Assembly (NCBI GenBank): GCA_929200315.1
Contig: CAKMZB010000003.1
Coordinates: 161,596 to 220,205, forward strand
Length of the DNA stretch: 58,610 nucleotides
Origin: an uncultured Alphaproteobacteria bacterium
GTDB taxonomy: Bacteria > Pseudomonadota > Alphaproteobacteria > Rhizobiales > Rhizobiaceae
Reading direction: 5' to 3'
Part shown: piece by piece, positions 43,790 through 52,981 of the stretch
Numbering within the stretch: position 1 is the stretch's first letter
Layout: every line of letters begins with the position of its first letter
Program-made: the position numbers and the translations under genes
Notes under the pieces: generated by a model
Databases searched by the model: none
Seen by the model: the letters and a program-made list of their open reading frames with translations, nothing else
What the model was told of the DNA's origin: nothing

Positions 43790-43926
43790 GGTCGGCTCTC
43801 TTGCTGAATCGCGAGAATCTTGACCGAGCCTTAGCGCGCGCCCGATGCGTTTGGAAGCGCACTCATCCGATCGCTTACTATAGCGCTTGCCAAGCGTGCC
43901 AACGCAGTTACACTTTCCTCTTTAGA

Positions 43927-45303
43927 ATGACTAAAATCGAGGCAGGCATGGCCGACAAGCGGATGGAAGATGGAGTTGTTGCAGGGCGTCTGCCTGCAAA
44001 AGAACTGGTGGCGAACTTTGCAGATATCCATCCACCGCTGGACCATCACGAAGCCTCCGTGGCCGCCGATCGCTGCTATTTTTGCTACGACGCGCCCTGC
44101 GTGACGGCTTGCCCGACCGAAATCGACATCCCGCTTTTCATTCGCCAAATCGCCGCCGACAACCGGATCGGTGCGGCAAAGACGATCTTCGACCAAAACA
44201 TTTTGGGCGGCATGTGCGCCCGGGTCTGCCCCACTGAGACGCTGTGCGAACAGGCCTGCGTGCGCGAAGCCGCAGAGGGCAAACCTGTACGTATCGGTCT
44301 TCTCCAGCGTTTCGCCACCGACGCAGCCATGGAGCAGGACGCGCAGTTCTACGAACGTGTCGCCTCCACCGGGAAGCGCGTTGCGGTGGTCGGTGCCGGC
44401 CCCGCCGGTCTCGCCTGCGCCCATCGCCTCGCCATGCACGGCCATGACGTTGTGATCCTCGAAGCGCGGGAAAGGCCCGGTGGCCTCAACGAATACGGCA
44501 TCGCCACCTACAAGACGGTGGGTGATTTTGCGCAGGACGAGGTCGACTACATCACCGACATTGGCGGCATCGACATTCGCTACAGTCAGAAGCTCGGCCG
44601 CGATTTCACGCTGGGCGAATTGCGCGGCGATTATGAAGCCGTCTTTCTAGGCATGGGGCTGGGTGGTGTGAACGATCTGCGCATCGAGAATGAGGCCCCG
44701 GAAGGTCTGGAAGATGCCGTCGACTTCATCTCCCGTCTGCGGCAAGCCGACGACAAATCCAAAATTGCCATCGGCCGCCGCGTGGTCGTGATCGGCGGCG
44801 GCATGACAGCAGTGGATTGCGCGGTGCAGGCCAAGTTGCTGGGCGCGGAAGACGTGACCATCGCCTATCGTCGTGGCCAGGAACAGATGAACGCGTCCCG
44901 CTACGAGCAGGACCTTGCCGCCTCGCGCGGCGTTACGATCAAGCATTGGGCGATGCCCGTCGATCTGGCGACCGATGGCGGCAAAATTACCGGCATCGAG
45001 ATGGAATACACCAAGCTCGGCGACACGCGCCTTGAGGGCACCGGCGAGCGCTTCTCGCTGGACGCCGATCAGGTCTTCCGCGCCATCGGCCAGACGCTTG
45101 TGCCGGACGATCTTAGTGGCGCAGCCGATGCGCTGGAGATCGTCGCGGGGCGCATCGCTACAATCGACGCCCACGGCACCACCAATATGCAAGGCGTCTG
45201 GGCCGGTGGAGACTGCGCCGCAGGCGGCGAGGAACTCACCGTAACCGCCGCCGCACAGGGCCGCGACGCGGCGGAAGCGATCAATATGAGCCTTAGGGCA
45301 TAG
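43927..45303 (+). CDS. preT: NAD-dependent dihydropyrimidine dehydrogenase subunit PreT (GltD-like)
   Basis: N-terminal 4Fe-4S cysteines (CYFCYDAPCVTACP, CARVCPTETLCEQAC) and two Rossmann GxGxxG motifs. The ORF track starts at 43801; the ATG at 43927 is preferred. Confidence 0.85.
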   Translation: MTKIEAGMADKRMEDGVVAGRLPAKELVANFADIHPPLDHHEASVAADRCYFCYDAPCVTACPTEIDIPLFIRQIAADNRIGAAKTIFDQNILGGMCARVCPTETLCEQACVREAAEGKPVRIGLLQRFATDAAMEQDAQFYERVASTGKRVAVVGAGPAGLACAHRLAMHGHDVVILEARERPGGLNEYGIATYKTVGDFAQDEVDYITDIGGIDIRYSQKLGRDFTLGELRGDYEAVFLGMGLGGVNDLRIENEAPEGLEDAVDFISRLRQADDKSKIAIGRRVVVIGGGMTAVDCAVQAKLLGAEDVTIAYRRGQEQMNASRYEQDLAASRGVTIKHWAMPVDLATDGGKITGIEMEYTKLGDTRLEGTGERFSLDADQVFRAIGQTLVPDDLSGAADALEIVAGRIATIDAHGTTNMQGVWAGGDCAAGGEELTVTAAAQGRDAAEAINMSLRA

Positions 45304-45314
45304 GAGGCAGCAAC

Positions 45315-46640
45315 ATGGCCGATATTCGCAATGATTTCGTAGGCATCAAATCGCCAAACCCATTCTGGCTCGCCTCCGCCCCGCCGACAGATAAGGCTTA
45401 CAATGTCGAGCGGGCCTTCAAAGCCGGCTGGGGTGGTGTTGTCTGGAAAACGCTGGGCGAGGCTGGTCCGCCCGTCGTCAATGTGAACGGCCCCCGTTAC
45501 GGCGCGATCTATGGCGGAGACCGTCGCCTGATCGGGCTCAACAATATCGAACTCATCACCGACCGCGACCTGCAAACCAACCTGCGCGAGATCAAGGAAG
45601 TGAAGGCCAAATGGCCGGACCGAGCCATGATCGTCTCCATCATGGTGCCCTGCGAGGAGCAGGCCTGGAAATCGATTCTGCCACTGGTGGAGGAGACCGG
45701 CGCAGACGGGATCGAGCTCAATTTCGGTTGCCCCCACGGCATGTCTGAGCGTGGCATGGGCGCTGCTGTTGGTCAGGTTCCCGAATATATCGAGATGGTG
45801 ACCCGCTGGTGCAAACAGACCACGCGGATGCCCGTCATCGTGAAACTCACCCCCAACATCACCGACGTGCGCTACCCGGCCCGTGCGGCAAAATCCGGTG
45901 GAGCGGACGCCGTCTCCCTCATCAACACGATCAACTCGATCGTCTCCGTCGACCTCAACGATTTTGCCCCCGAGCCAACGATTGACGGCAAGGGCTCCCA
46001 CGGCGGTTTCTGCGGCCCGGCCGTTAAGCCAATCGCGCTTCACATGGTGGCGGAAATTGCCCGTGATCCCGAAACTGCCGGCCTGCCGATTTCCGGCATT
46101 GGCGGTGTCACGACTTGGCGGGATGCGGCTGAGTTCATGTCATTGGGCGCAGGCAATGTGCAGGTTTGCACGGCTGCTATGACTTACGGCTTTAAAATCA
46201 TTGAAGAGATGACCGCTGGCCTTTCCAACTGGATGGACGAGCAGGGCCACACAACGCTGGACGATGTGGTCGGCCGCGCCACGCCAAACGTCACCGCCTG
46301 GCAATACCTCAACCTCAACTACGTCACCAAGGCGCGTATCGACCAGGACAAATGCATCTCCTGCGGACGCTGTCACATTGCCTGCGAGGACACGTCCCAC
46401 CAGGCGATCACCAATATGGTGGACGGCGAGCGCCGCTTTGAGGTGATCGAAGAGGAATGTGTTGGCTGCAATCTCTGCGTCAATGTCTGCCCGGTGGAAG
46501 ACTGCATCGACATGGTGCAACTGCCCGCAGGTGCCACAGACGAGCGCACCAAGGAAAAGGTCTCGGAGACATATTTCAACTGGACCGAACACCCCAACAA
46601 CCCAACCGCCGCCAAAGGCACGCTGGAGCCCGCCGAGTAA
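45315..46640 (+). CDS. preA: NAD-dependent dihydropyrimidine dehydrogenase subunit PreA (DHOD-like TIM barrel plus C-terminal 2x[4Fe-4S])
   Basis: DHO_dh-like core and C-terminal ferredoxin motifs (CISCGRCHIACED, CVGCNLCVNVCP). Confidence 0.88.
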   Translation: MADIRNDFVGIKSPNPFWLASAPPTDKAYNVERAFKAGWGGVVWKTLGEAGPPVVNVNGPRYGAIYGGDRRLIGLNNIELITDRDLQTNLREIKEVKAKWPDRAMIVSIMVPCEEQAWKSILPLVEETGADGIELNFGCPHGMSERGMGAAVGQVPEYIEMVTRWCKQTTRMPVIVKLTPNITDVRYPARAAKSGGADAVSLINTINSIVSVDLNDFAPEPTIDGKGSHGGFCGPAVKPIALHMVAEIARDPETAGLPISGIGGVTTWRDAAEFMSLGAGNVQVCTAAMTYGFKIIEEMTAGLSNWMDEQGHTTLDDVVGRATPNVTAWQYLNLNYVTKARIDQDKCISCGRCHIACEDTSHQAITNMVDGERRFEVIEEECVGCNLCVNVCPVEDCIDMVQLPAGATDERTKEKVSETYFNWTEHPNNPTAAKGTLEPAE

Positions 46641-46880
46641 CTAGCCCCGCCGGACCAGAAAACGGATCTCGTCGCCCGCGCCGCTCTCCTGCAGGACAAG
46701 CGCGTGGCCGACCTCGTTGCAGAGGGCAGGAATGTCGATCCCGGCAAGGGGGTCGTCCGTCAGCACTTCAACCAAAGTGCCCGCTGCTATCTTTTTCATC
46801 CGCGCGCGCAGTTTCAGCGCGGGGAGCGGGCAGCGATAGCCGCGCAAATCCATCCGCTCGCTGATCTCATCTGCTGCCAT
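46641..46880 (-). CDS. tusA: TusA-family sulfurtransferase
   Basis: 79 aa with the conserved CPxP active site (LRGYRCPLPAL). Confidence 0.85.
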   Translation of the reverse strand: MAADEISERMDLRGYRCPLPALKLRARMKKIAAGTLVEVLTDDPLAGIDIPALCNEVGHALVLQESGAGDEIRFLVRRG

Positions 46881-47145
46881 GTGTATATCCTGCTCACTCG
46901 TCGCGGCCTGGTCTTAGGCGCAGTCAAACCATCCGTCGAGGGCACTTTCGCGTCCACCGTGACGCAATGGTGCAGCCTGTAACGCAACGTGACTCACTTC
47001 CCGGTTGCGCCAGGATTTTACCCCGTTAGAAGAGCCCTCCCCGGTCGAATGATCGGAGTGTTGTCAACGGTTGGGTCTCACAACGACCCGCCCGGGCGGT
47101 GGGCTCTGCCTTCCCGTTTACGGATGATGCTTCGGTGATTGGGTT

Positions 47146-47216
47146 GACTGTAAGGCGAATGGTTCGCACCGGCGTTCAGCCGGAGATGTCGGGTTCGAAT
47201 CCCGTTACAGTCGCCA
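47146..47216 (+). ncRNA. tRNA-like minihelix element: 8-bp acceptor helix, degenerate D/anticodon region, canonical T-arm, G-CCA 3' end
   Basis: GACTGTAA(47146-47153) pairs perfectly with TTACAGTC(47201-47208), which is followed by G-CCA. T-arm CGGG-TTCGAAT-CCCG. The internal region has a 5-bp hairpin CCGGC-gtt-GCCGG but no canonical D-loop or U33. Confidence 0.45.
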
Positions 47217-47288
47217 TTGGATAGCTCAATTGGTAGAGCAACGAACTCATAATTCGTGTGTCGCAGGTTCGATTCCTGCTCCAACCTT
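47215..47288 (+). tRNA. tRNA-Met(CAT)-like (elongator/Ile2 type) with a defective acceptor stem
   Basis: Canonical TA-GCTC-AATTGGTA-GAGC D-arm; anticodon arm ACGAA-CTCATAA-TTCGT; T-arm GCAGG-TTCGATT-CCTGC. 3' acceptor TCCAACC pairs with 5' CATTGGA in only 5 of 7 positions (1:72 and 2:71 mismatched). No CCA encoded. The 5' end overlaps the CCA of the upstream element. Confidence 0.5.
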
Positions 47289-47622
47289 CCTGTCAAAGAA
47301 GGCTTCTAATGAAAACTGGGCCGGGGGGTTCGGTACGCGCAAAGCGGATGGCGGGTGCACCCCGGTGCACAAATCTGATGTGGCGCGCCATGCACGGACA
47401 GACGGCCACCGGTGACGGCTGCGCCGCGTGGGGTTTGGCAATGGGTGTTTTCGAACGCCTTGCGCGGGCGCCGTGCTGCAATACCCCATCCCGGGCGGCC
47501 CTCTGGCTGTCATGCCCGGCCCCCCGGTTCTCATAAGCGGGGACAAGCAAAGGCTTCCGTCAGGAAGCGAGATGAAAAGAAAGGAGACGGCGTGACGTAA
47601 GCCACGACGGTAAGTGAGTGTA

Positions 47623-48774
47623 ATGTTGACTATTCTGACGAGGCTCGTGGGCCTAAAGCGCGTGACTGTTCTGGAAGGACAGCGGGCATTGTATTTCAAG
47701 AACGGTAAGCTGGCGGAGATTCTCACTCCCGGCCTGCACTACATCATGGCTGACAAGAAACGTTCGGCTCTGGAATGGCACAACATTGAAGAGAGCGGTT
47801 TTAGCTCCATTCATGAGAAGGCGCTTTTCGAGCGTCTGCCGATGCAGGCTGGACGGGAACTGACCACCTTCCGCACCGGGCCGACCGAAGTGGCTATCCT
47901 GGAGCGGGACGGCAAGGTCGCATTCCTTCTCGGTCCGGACCAAAAGAAAACGGTCTGGACTGGTGCCGGCCCATGGCATGCCGAGCATATTGATGTTTCC
48001 GGTATGCCGCGCATCGGGCCATCGACCCTGCGCCGTCTGACACGGGCGAAGCTGACCACCAACCAGCTTCTGAGCACCGTTGAGGTTCCCGAAGGGCATT
48101 GCGGTGTGATGTTCGTCGATGGCGAAATGCTGCCGAAGCTGGCGCCGGGGGTTCACGCGTTCTGGACGGTCGGTCGGTCCTCTCAGGCGCGGATCATCGA
48201 TCTGCGCTGGAGGCCCCTTGAGGTGTCCGGCCAGGAGATCCTGACGGCTGACAAGGTCTCGATCCGCGTCAACATCACAGCCGTTTACCGGGTCACCGAC
48301 CCGGTGCAGGCCGTGACCACAGTGACGGACTATACCGACGCGCTTTACCGCGCGCTCGGACAGGCCTTCCGCCGGATGCTGGGTGCCCACTCGCTGGACG
48401 CCCTGCTGGAGCGGCAGACCGCGCTGGATGATGAAGCTCTTGCCGGCGTTCGCGAAACCATGGCCGCCATTGGCCTTGAGGTGCGCGACGTTGCGTTGAA
48501 GGACATCATCCTGCCAGGTGAGATGCGCGATATTCTCAACGGCGTTGTTGCCGCGGAGAAAGAAGCGCAGGCCAATGTCATCCGCAGGCGTGAGGAAACC
48601 AACGCCACACGGTCCCTGCTCAACACCGCCAAGGTGATGGAGCAGAACCCGACCATGCTTCGCCTGAAGGAGCTGGAAGCGTTAGAGACCATCGCAACCC
48701 GCGTGGACCGCTTGACGATCCACAACGGTGCCGACGGTCTGATGAAAGACCTGGTGCATCTATCCGGCGACTAG
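47623..48774 (+). CDS. SPFH/band-7 domain protein (stomatin/HflC-like) with an N-terminal partial SPFH-like duplication
   Basis: C-terminal half is a canonical SPFH domain plus coiled coil (..KVSIRVNITAVYRVTDPVQAV...AAEKEAQANVIRRREE..). The ORF track starts at a GTG at 47614; the ATG at 47623 is preferred. Confidence 0.8.
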   Translation: MLTILTRLVGLKRVTVLEGQRALYFKNGKLAEILTPGLHYIMADKKRSALEWHNIEESGFSSIHEKALFERLPMQAGRELTTFRTGPTEVAILERDGKVAFLLGPDQKKTVWTGAGPWHAEHIDVSGMPRIGPSTLRRLTRAKLTTNQLLSTVEVPEGHCGVMFVDGEMLPKLAPGVHAFWTVGRSSQARIIDLRWRPLEVSGQEILTADKVSIRVNITAVYRVTDPVQAVTTVTDYTDALYRALGQAFRRMLGAHSLDALLERQTALDDEALAGVRETMAAIGLEVRDVALKDIILPGEMRDILNGVVAAEKEAQANVIRRREETNATRSLLNTAKVMEQNPTMLRLKELEALETIATRVDRLTIHNGADGLMKDLVHLSGD

Positions 48775-48897
48775 ACAAAGAGAAGGGGTAGCTCCGGCTA
48801 CCCCTTCTTGCTTTTCACGCTCAGGACGGTTCCGATCCTTCCCCTGTGTAGCGATCCGGTATTAGCTGTGATGGACCATCCACCTGGAACTTCAACC

Positions 48898-49446
48898 ATG
48901 ACCGACATTGCAGCACCCAATGACATTCTGGATTTCTGGGCCGATGCAGGTGGGAAGAAGTGGTGGATGAAGGACGAGTCCTTTGATGCGGAAATCCGCC
49001 ACCGCTTTGGCACCACGCTTGAAGCTGCTGAACGCGGTGAGCTGGATGATTGGCAGACCACACCGGACGGCGCCTTGGCGCTCATCATCGTGCTCGACCA
49101 ATTTTCCCGCAATCTCTACCGCAACAGCGCCAAAGCCTTCTCAAACGATCCAAAGGCGCTCACAGCCGCCAAGGCCGCGCTTGACCGCGGTGATGATGAG
49201 AAGATGCGAGAGGACATCATGGTCTTCGCCTACCTGCCGCTGGAGCATAGCGAAAATATCGGAGACCAGAGGCAATGCCTGGAGCTGATGAAAGCGACCG
49301 GCACTGAGGCTTATATCAATGCCGGGCAACAGCATTACGACATCATCGAGCAGTTTGGCCGCTTCCCTCACCGCAACAAGGTGCTGGGGCGCGACACCAC
49401 ACCGGCAGAGCAGGCATTTCTGGATGCAGGCGGATTTTCGGGCTGA
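48898..49446 (+). CDS. DUF924-family protein
   Basis: DUF924 family-like sequence (..ILDFWADAGGKKWWMKDESFDAEIRHRFG..). The start ATG at 48898 is preferred over the track start at 48808. Confidence 0.7.
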   Translation: MTDIAAPNDILDFWADAGGKKWWMKDESFDAEIRHRFGTTLEAAERGELDDWQTTPDGALALIIVLDQFSRNLYRNSAKAFSNDPKALTAAKAALDRGDDEKMREDIMVFAYLPLEHSENIGDQRQCLELMKATGTEAYINAGQQHYDIIEQFGRFPHRNKVLGRDTTPAEQAFLDAGGFSG

Positions 49447-49499
49447 TTGCGCGCCCGCAATCTTTGCTTTCAACCGTTTTCAGCGATGTGAAGAAAATT

Positions 49500-49574
49500 T
49501 GGAGCGGGCGATGAGATTCGAACTCACGACCCTCACCTTGGCAAGGTGATGCTCTACCCCTGAGCTACGCCCGC
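49500..49574 (-). tRNA. tRNA-Gly (anticodon GCC)
   Basis: The reverse complement GCGGGCGTAGCTCAGGGGTAGAGCATCACCTTGCCAAGGTGAGGGTCGTGAGTTCGAATCTCATCGCCCGCTCCA folds as a canonical cloverleaf. Confidence 0.93.
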
Positions 49575-49633
49575 TCGAGCGACTGTTGCCATTTCAGCTT
49601 CAGCGGGGCGTATATGCGCCAACACCCTTAGCG

Positions 49634-50194
49634 ATGCAATCCCTTTCCATGCACAAATTACCTCCCGCCCCGCTCAACCGCAAAACCTTGCTCACCTGGC
49701 TCGATGAAGCCGGTCTTGAAACGCAAACCCATGACCACCCGGCCTTCTTTACGGTGGAGGAAGGGGCGGCGTTTAAGGCTGAGCTTCGCGCCAGCGGTGT
49801 GACGGGCGGCAACACCAAGAACCTGTTTCTAAAAGACAAAAAGGGGCGTCACTTCCTGCTGACCGCGCTGGAAGATACCGAGGTGAACCTGAAGCAGCTC
49901 CACAAGCTGCTGGGCGCGCAGGGGCGGTTTTCCTTTGGCCGAGCAGAACAGATGGAGGATTATCTGGGCGTCTCCCCCGGCTCCGTCACGGCCTTTGGCA
50001 TTCTCAATGATCGGGAGGGCAAGGTGACTTTCGCTCTCGATTCCCGCGCAGCGCAGATGGAGCACCTTTTGTGCCATCCGCTCACCAATGAAGCTTCCAC
50101 CCGCATAGCTACCGCCGATCTCCTGAGCGTGGCGAACCATGGCGACCATCCTGCTATGGTGGTCGATCTATCCGCAGACCCAGATTCGGTCTGA
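49634..50194 (+). CDS. ybaK: YbaK/ProX-family aminoacyl-tRNA deacylase (Cys/Ala-tRNA(Pro) editing domain)
   Basis: YbaK/ProX-family-like core (..GNTKNLFLKDKKGRHFLL.., ..GSVTAFG..). The start is uncertain between ATGs at 49634 and 49649; the track starts at 49586. Confidence 0.75.
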   Translation: MQSLSMHKLPPAPLNRKTLLTWLDEAGLETQTHDHPAFFTVEEGAAFKAELRASGVTGGNTKNLFLKDKKGRHFLLTALEDTEVNLKQLHKLLGAQGRFSFGRAEQMEDYLGVSPGSVTAFGILNDREGKVTFALDSRAAQMEHLLCHPLTNEASTRIATADLLSVANHGDHPAMVVDLSADPDSV

Positions 50195-50285
50195 GAGGCG
50201 CAATTTGAAAAGCGCTCTCCAAGGCCCCACATTGAAAAGAACAGGCGCAATCCGCCTCCCAAATATTGAAGAACGGTAGCGACCC

Positions 50286-51278
50286 ATGACGTCGATCAAC
50301 ACATCTTTTTCCATTGGCGGCGAACCGGTCAGCCAAGATCTTGGATCGCCCGCTGTAGCGCCAACCAATGCCATGGCATCGGCACCAGCCAGCGCAAAGC
50401 CCGCAATCTTTGACGTCACCACAGCAACCTTCATGCAAGACGTGATTGATGCGTCGGCGGAAGGCCCGGTGGTCGTTGATTTCTGGGCACCATGGTGCGG
50501 ACCCTGCAAGCAGCTTGGACCGGTGATCGAAAAGATCATCACCGAAACCGGCGGTGCGGTGCGCCTTGCCAAAATGGACATTGAGCAGTTCCCGGAAGTC
50601 GCCGGTCAGATGGGTATCCAGTCAATCCCAGCCGTTGTGGCCTTTGTGGATGGCCGCCCTGCGGAGGCCTTTATGGGCGCGAAGCCGGAAAGCGAAGTGC
50701 GTGCCTTTATCGACAAGCTCGCCGCCGACGCGCCAAAGCCTGCCGGGGCCTTTGACGCCGCCACGCTTTTGGAGGCCGGCAACGCGATGCTCGCTGATGG
50801 CGACCACGGGGGAGCTGCGGAAGCTTTCGGCACCGTTGCGCAAAACGAGCCGGGCAATCTCGACGCCATTGCCGGGCTCGGCGAGTGTTATGTTGCCGTT
50901 GGTGAACTCGACATGGCGCGCCAGCTTTTAGAAACGGTCCCCGAAGAACACCGCGAAAAACCGCCCATCGGCCCGGTGGCTAAAAGCATCGAACTTGCCG
51001 ATCAGGCCGAAAATCTCGGGCCGCTCACAGACCTTGAAGCCAAGGTCGCCGCCAACGAAGAAGACCATCAGGCCCGCCTCGACTATGCCGTTGCACTCAA
51101 TGCTGCAGGCCGCGAGCAGGAGGCGGTGGACCAACTTATCACGATAGTGCGCAAAGACCGGGAGTGGAACGACGACGGTGCGCGGGCGCAACTCCTCACC
51201 TTCTTTGAAAGCTGGGGCAATGCCGATAAAGCCACAATTTACGGACGCCGGGCTCTCTCCTCGGTGTTGTTCAGTTAA
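50286..51278 (+). CDS. Thioredoxin-domain co-chaperone YbbN (Trx domain plus TPR-like C-terminus)
   Basis: Thioredoxin active-site region FWAPWCGPCKQL followed by a TPR-like helical domain. Confidence 0.85.
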   Translation: MTSINTSFSIGGEPVSQDLGSPAVAPTNAMASAPASAKPAIFDVTTATFMQDVIDASAEGPVVVDFWAPWCGPCKQLGPVIEKIITETGGAVRLAKMDIEQFPEVAGQMGIQSIPAVVAFVDGRPAEAFMGAKPESEVRAFIDKLAADAPKPAGAFDAATLLEAGNAMLADGDHGGAAEAFGTVAQNEPGNLDAIAGLGECYVAVGELDMARQLLETVPEEHREKPPIGPVAKSIELADQAENLGPLTDLEAKVAANEEDHQARLDYAVALNAAGREQEAVDQLITIVRKDREWNDDGARAQLLTFFESWGNADKATIYGRRALSSVLFS

Positions 51279-51287
51279 GGTGAAACC

Positions 51288-51965
51288 ATGAAAGCCGGGA
51301 ACGTCTCCTACAACGATGTGCTCGATCTGCCCGACGAAGTGCCGGTCTTTCCGCTAACCGGAGTGCTGCTGCTGCCCTCGGGCAACATGCCGCTAAACCT
51401 GTTTGAACCGCGCTATCTTGCTATGTTTGAAGACGCGCTGGCAGGCGACCGCCTGGTGGGGATGATCCAGCCGCGCATCGATGCCAAGGAGAGCGCGGAG
51501 GGCGAACCTGCCCTTTGCAATGTCGGCTGCCTGGGCCGCGTTACCGCATTTCAGGAAACCGGTGACGGGCGCATTGTGCTCAATCTCTCCGGCGTTGCGC
51601 GCTTCCGCGTGCTGGAGGAATTACCCGCTCGCAACGGCTATCGCATCGCGAAAATCGCCAGTTTTGCTGATGACCTCGATGATAGCGAAGAGGCGGAAAA
51701 AGCTGTCGACCGCGATGGGCTGCTGGAGACGTTCAAAGCCTATCTCCAGGCCAATGACATGGAAGCCGACTGGGATGGCGTGCGCGAAGCGTCCACCCGC
51801 AGCCTGGTCAATTCGCTCTCCATGATGAGCCCCTATGGCCCCGCTGAAAAACAGGCCCTGCTCGAAGCTCCGGACCTGAAGACCCGGGCAGAAACGCTGG
51901 TTGCCATTACCGAGATGACCCTTGCGCGCAATTCCGGAGACGGTGCGCAGGGCACGCTGCAATAG
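51288..51965 (+). CDS. LON N-terminal substrate-binding domain protein
   Basis: LON_substr_bdg pattern ([27 protein letters not shown]). Conserved partner downstream of ybbN. Confidence 0.8.
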   Translation: MKAGNVSYNDVLDLPDEVPVFPLTGVLLLPSGNMPLNLFEPRYLAMFEDALAGDRLVGMIQPRIDAKESAEGEPALCNVGCLGRVTAFQETGDGRIVLNLSGVARFRVLEELPARNGYRIAKIASFADDLDDSEEAEKAVDRDGLLETFKAYLQANDMEADWDGVREASTRSLVNSLSMMSPYGPAEKQALLEAPDLKTRAETLVAITEMTLARNSGDGAQGTLQ

Positions 51966-51981
51966 AGACGGGGCACCAGCG

Positions 51982-52224
51982 ATGTCCCGCACCGTCCCCA
52001 GCACCGGAGATCAAAGCCGCAAGCGCGATGCCCCGGCACCGGGTGCCGACCGGCTAATCGAGCCAAAAATGCTGGATCTCCTCGTCTGCCCCCGCACCCA
52101 TGGCCCTCTGATCTATGATCGGGACGCACAGGAGCTGATTTCGCAGAAGGCGCGTCTTGCCTTCCCCGTCCGCGACGGGGTGCCCATCCTGTTGACCGCG
52201 CAGGCGCGGACATTGGAAGATTGA
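51982..52224 (+). CDS. Trm112/YcaR-family (UPF0434) small protein
   Basis: [42 protein letters not shown] matches the Trm112p-like zinc-ribbon-like fold. The start is uncertain: 51982 or 52069. Confidence 0.65.
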   Translation: MSRTVPSTGDQSRKRDAPAPGADRLIEPKMLDLLVCPRTHGPLIYDRDAQELISQKARLAFPVRDGVPILLTAQARTLED

Positions 52225-52274
52225 GGCAATAGCGACTAACCTATCGGGGCGAACAAGCAGTATCAGGCCCTTCA

Positions 52275-52967
52275 ATGTCCTCAGCAAAACCCAAACCACG
52301 GCGTCCCGCCGTTGATCAGAATTTCCCGATCCATCTTTTGAAGGGGTATTCCAGCTTTCGCGGTGCTCGCCTCGCCGTGGAAAGGCAGCGGTACGAGAAA
52401 TTGGCTGAGGCCGGCCAGAAGCCAGCAACTATGCTGATCGCCTGCTGTGATTCCCGCGCCGCGCCGGAGGTCATTTTTGATGCCGCGCCCGGCGAGATTT
52501 TTGTTGTGCGCAATGTGGCCAACCTGATGCCCCCCCACAGACCGAATGGTGATTTTCACGGAACCTCGGCAGCGCTCGAATTCGCGGTTCAGGCTCTGCG
52601 TGTGCAAAACATCGTGGTAATGGGCCATGGCCGCTGCGGCGGCATTGCCGCTTTCCGCGCCCAGCTTCAGGGGGAGGAGACGGCACCGCTTTCGCCAGGT
52701 GATTTCATCGGCAAGTGGATTTCCATGCTGGAACCGGTGGCGCAAAAAATTGAACGCACAGAAGGGGAGAGTGAGGAAGTTCTGCAGCGTAAACTGGAAG
52801 AGCAGTCGATCCGCCAATCCATCGAAAATCTGAAAACCTTCCCCTGCATCTCGATCCTTCTGGAACGCAGCCAGATCGCCCTGCACGGGGCCTGGTTCGA
52901 CATTTCCAACGGTGAACTCTGGGTTCTCGATCCCGAAAGCGACGAGTTCCAGCGACCGGACGTCTAG
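52275..52967 (+). CDS. Beta-class carbonic anhydrase
   Basis: Zinc ligands in CCDSR and HGRCGG motifs. Confidence 0.88.
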   Translation: MSSAKPKPRRPAVDQNFPIHLLKGYSSFRGARLAVERQRYEKLAEAGQKPATMLIACCDSRAAPEVIFDAAPGEIFVVRNVANLMPPHRPNGDFHGTSAALEFAVQALRVQNIVVMGHGRCGGIAAFRAQLQGEETAPLSPGDFIGKWISMLEPVAQKIERTEGESEEVLQRKLEEQSIRQSIENLKTFPCISILLERSQIALHGAWFDISNGELWVLDPESDEFQRPDV

Positions 52968-52981
52968 GGCGTCATGGCGCG

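Noticed and set aside
46990-47620. Possibility that the tRNA-like structures are a two-piece (permuted) alphaproteobacterial tmRNA (ssrA)
   Set aside because: A permuted ssrA needs the acceptor 5' strand downstream of the CCA and a tag-peptide reading frame (ANDN...AA). Here the complementary strand GACTGTAA lies upstream of the T-arm. The downstream element is a full tRNA-like cloverleaf with a CAT anticodon. No ANDN-type tag ORF or pseudoknots are visible on either strand.
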